The notes under the pieces are model-generated. The model was given only the letters and a program-made list of their open reading frames with translations. It was not told the DNA's origin and ran no database searches. DNA of 24,922 bases, from the IMG/VR virus record IMGVR_UViG_3300029199_000025, positions 1 through 24,922 of that record; one strand, written 5' to 3'. Positions 22,547 to 24,922 of this stretch are shown piece by piece (the first letter of the stretch is position 1; each line of letters starts with the position of its first letter). Origin of the DNA: a virus. Lineage: Duplodnaviria > Caudoviricetes. The position numbers and the translations under genes were made by a program.

Positions 22547-24922
22547 ATGACCGTTCAAACCAGCACCAACGTTGCAGCCTTCGTCGGAAACGGTGTTGCC
22601 ACCAGTTTTCCGATCGGGTTCAAGTTCAATTCGTCAGCCGATTTGATCGTAGAAGCGACCAACACAGTAACGGGTGTCACTACGCCCCTTTCGCTGAACT
22701 CGGATTACACCGTCACCGGTGCGGGCAATGAGAACGGAGGCACGATTACCTTCACGGCAGCTCCGCTTTCCGTTGAGAAAGTAAAGGTCACCCGTCACGT
22801 CGATTTGCTGCAATTGACCGACTTGCGCAACCAAGGCAAGTTTTATGCAGAGGTACACGAAGACGTGTTTGATAAGCTGATCATGATCGATCAGCAACAA
22901 CAGACCGAGATCAATGCCGCCAACGACAAATCCGACGAAGCATTGTCAGCCGCTAACGCTGCGAACGAAAAGTCTGACCAGGCCGTCGCAAAAGCCGACC
23001 AGAACCTCGTTGATATGCAAGCGCAGTACGATGCTTTCGAGCAAGGCGCCTCGCTCGTGGTCATTGGCGATTATGCCGCCGGCCTTGTCGTTGATGGCTA
23101 CAACAAGGTTTTTCGCAAAGACGGCGAGCTCTACCGGGCCAAGGCCGAGCTGGCGCTACCGTACTCGCTGAATGGCGACTGGGCAGTAGATGCGCCAAAA
23201 TTCGTTTCGGTCGGCGATGCGGTGCTGCGCCAGGATCTGGCCACTGCGGATGGCGCCGACATGGTCGGCTACAAGGGCCGCACGGTGGCGGACAAGCTCG
23301 GCGATGTGGCCAACATCATGGACTACGGCGCGGTGGCCGATGGCGTGACCGACGATGCTCCGGCCCTGCGCGCGGCCATGGCGGCGCTGGTCGCCAAAGG
23401 TGGCGGTTATCTGTACCTGCCAGCCGGCACCTACTACCTGAACTCTGGCGATCCACGCGGCCTGGCGATGCTGCCCATCACCGGCAAAAATGAGTTCTAT
23501 ACCGTGTGCGAAATCGGCGACGGCGTAACCGTGTACGGTGACGGCGACGCGACGGTGATCAAGTACGAGTCCAATCGCGTAGGCGAGTACCTTAGCCCCA
23601 GTCCGGTTGATGGGATTTATCGCGGGGATGTTGGAGCGCTATTTGCAAACTTCAGGGTTCGTGCGAACAACAACACGCCCTATGCGGTTGGCTCGTTCCA
23701 TGTTCGAGACTTTAGGGTGCTGTATACGCCTCTGCTCAACCAGACCAAGGACTATATCGACGGCCAGGTGGTGCGGATCTATTCCAACTCTGGGGAGGTG
23801 GCGAACGGAAACTTTACCGTCAAGAATGTAAATGTCACTAGCAACCCCGGCCATCAATGTTTCTCGTATGAGAAGGTGGATTCGTTCGATGCGAGCGACA
23901 ACCGCATCTATTCGCCGGGGTACTCGTCCAACCCGTCGAACTCGGACCACTCGGTTTTTTTCATTACGGGGACGAAAGCTCGATATGCCGGGAACCAGTG
24001 TTTCGGGGCGGTGCCGGACAAGAACAGCACGTTCTTTGAGTCGCACTGCCTCTATAACGACATCACCGGCAACCTGTGTTTCGGCATGAACGTGTTCGCC
24101 AATGCCGTGAGTCAGGTTGTGCACCCCGGCGCGGCCTACGACTTTTCGCAGTTCCGCATCGCGCACAACTACGCGCGCCAGTGCAAGACCTTCGTGATGG
24201 ACTTCTGCTACACGGCGAACCGCAAGTCGTTTCTGGAGATCCTCAACAACAACATTCTGCTGCTCGCGGCGACGGTCAATGACGCCGAAGCCATCGTGAG
24301 ATTCGCCAATGACACCGGGTCGCCCCCTGCCGACATCCTTCCTACCGATCTGATAATTATTCGTGGGAATACGGTTGATATCGTTGAATCGACAGGCTTG
24401 GAAGTCGCCTACGCGACCTCATTTGATGCCTTGATTAATCATTCTCAGGTTTCGCACCTTGTCGTGGAAAACAACGAGGTGCGAAAGGCACGCCGTGCTG
24501 TCGTGAATATCGAAGGGACCAAGATCGTCAGCGCACGTATTGCGAATAATCGGTTACTGAACGCGTGTCATCGGGGGAACGGTACGGCAGACGAGGGCGG
24601 GCGGGCCTCGCGCGCGGCCATCATGTGCACGCTCAGTCCGGGGTCGATTCTCGACCGCCTTGAAGTCGAGAGGAACACGATCAGCAACGCCTATAGCGGC
24701 GCGTCTGTGGCCTACGCGCTGCTGGTGGCGAATTTCTTTGGGGCGTCGGCAGCAACGAAATTCGTAGTCAAGTGGAATACCGTCCTGGGCGGAACGACCC
24801 GTAATGTGTTTGTGGATGCGCAGGGAGCGAATACCCACGCCGCAGACACGTTCGAGATCGATCACACACATACCGTGTTTGACGCGGCATCGAGCTACGT
24901 CGAGCTGGTCTCATGTGGCGCG
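22547..24922 (+). CDS. tailspike / depolymerase-type receptor-binding protein, 3' truncated by the window (at least 792 aa)
   Basis: AAAGGA RBS; manual translation: T7 gp17-like anchor (GNGVATSFPIGF...DYTVTGAG...DLRNQGKFYAEVHEDVFDKL), coiled coil, tailspike N-module (FVSVGDAVLRQDL), pectate-lyase-like start (NIMDYGAVADGVTDDAPAL...LYLPAGTYYL) and beta-helix rungs; absent from the ORF track because it has no stop in the window. Confidence 0.92.
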   Translation, partial: MTVQTSTNVAAFVGNGVATSFPIGFKFNSSADLIVEATNTVTGVTTPLSLNSDYTVTGAGNENGGTITFTAAPLSVEKVKVTRHVDLLQLTDLRNQGKFYAEVHEDVFDKLIMIDQQQQTEINAANDKSDEALSAANAANEKSDQAVAKADQNLVDMQAQYDAFEQGASLVVIGDYAAGLVVDGYNKVFRKDGELYRAKAELALPYSLNGDWAVDAPKFVSVGDAVLRQDLATADGADMVGYKGRTVADKLGDVANIMDYGAVADGVTDDAPALRAAMAALVAKGGGYLYLPAGTYYLNSGDPRGLAMLPITGKNEFYTVCEIGDGVTVYGDGDATVIKYESNRVGEYLSPSPVDGIYRGDVGALFANFRVRANNNTPYAVGSFHVRDFRVLYTPLLNQTKDYIDGQVVRIYSNSGEVANGNFTVKNVNVTSNPGHQCFSYEKVDSFDASDNRIYSPGYSSNPSNSDHSVFFITGTKARYAGNQCFGAVPDKNSTFFESHCLYNDITGNLCFGMNVFANAVSQVVHPGAAYDFSQFRIAHNYARQCKTFVMDFCYTANRKSFLEILNNNILLLAATVNDAEAIVRFANDTGSPPADILPTDLIIIRGNTVDIVESTGLEVAYATSFDALINHSQVSHLVVENNEVRKARRAVVNIEGTKIVSARIANNRLLNACHRGNGTADEGGRASRAAIMCTLSPGSILDRLEVERNTISNAYSGASVAYALLVANFFGASAATKFVVKWNTVLGGTTRNVFVDAQGANTHAADTFEIDHTHTVFDAASSYVELVSCGA

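Noticed and set aside
22547-24922. Diversity-generating retroelement, suggested by the BPP-1-like head module
   Set aside because: No reverse transcriptase and no TR/VR repeat pair in the window; the fibre is a beta-helix tailspike, not an Mtd-like lectin. Sequence beyond the window cannot be assessed.
1-24922. CRISPR array, IS element, integrase/att site, intron or intein in terL
   Set aside because: No spaced direct repeats, transposase or integrase motifs; TerL, portal and capsid genes are continuous and of ordinary length.

Overview
The window is one co-directional (+ strand) segment of a GC-rich, probably temperate podovirus or prophage with the epsilon15/phiV10/BPP-1 type virion module; a Pseudomonas/Stutzerimonas-like host is inferred, not shown. 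Gene order: small nin-like genes, a Zn-finger-repeat Vsr/DUF559-like endonuclease, an HTH-metallophosphoesterase, a putative late regulator (Q position), a late promoter with three tRNAs (Asn-GTT, Thr-TGT, Trp-CCA), structured leader hairpins, holin-region genes, TerS/TerL, portal, scaffold, major capsid, cement, tail adaptor and nozzle, a GNAT-like gp13 homolog, four ejection proteins, two accessory membrane proteins, tandem terminators, and a beta-helix tailspike that runs off the window. Leading observations: (1) an accessory 3-TM protein whose predicted periplasmic N-terminus resembles the N-terminus of the phage's own ejection protein, a candidate decoy-type superinfection exclusion system, alongside low-GC swapped patches at ejection-protein ends; (2) a Zn-finger endonuclease that appears to have displaced a resident nuclease gene, leaving its 3' end as a coupled mini-ORF; (3) a tRNA-Trp with a 4-bp anticodon stem and A24, features linked to UGA readthrough; (4) the only two cysteines of the three large ejection proteins flank one gene junction. 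All family calls are by motif recognition and synteny; no database search was run.
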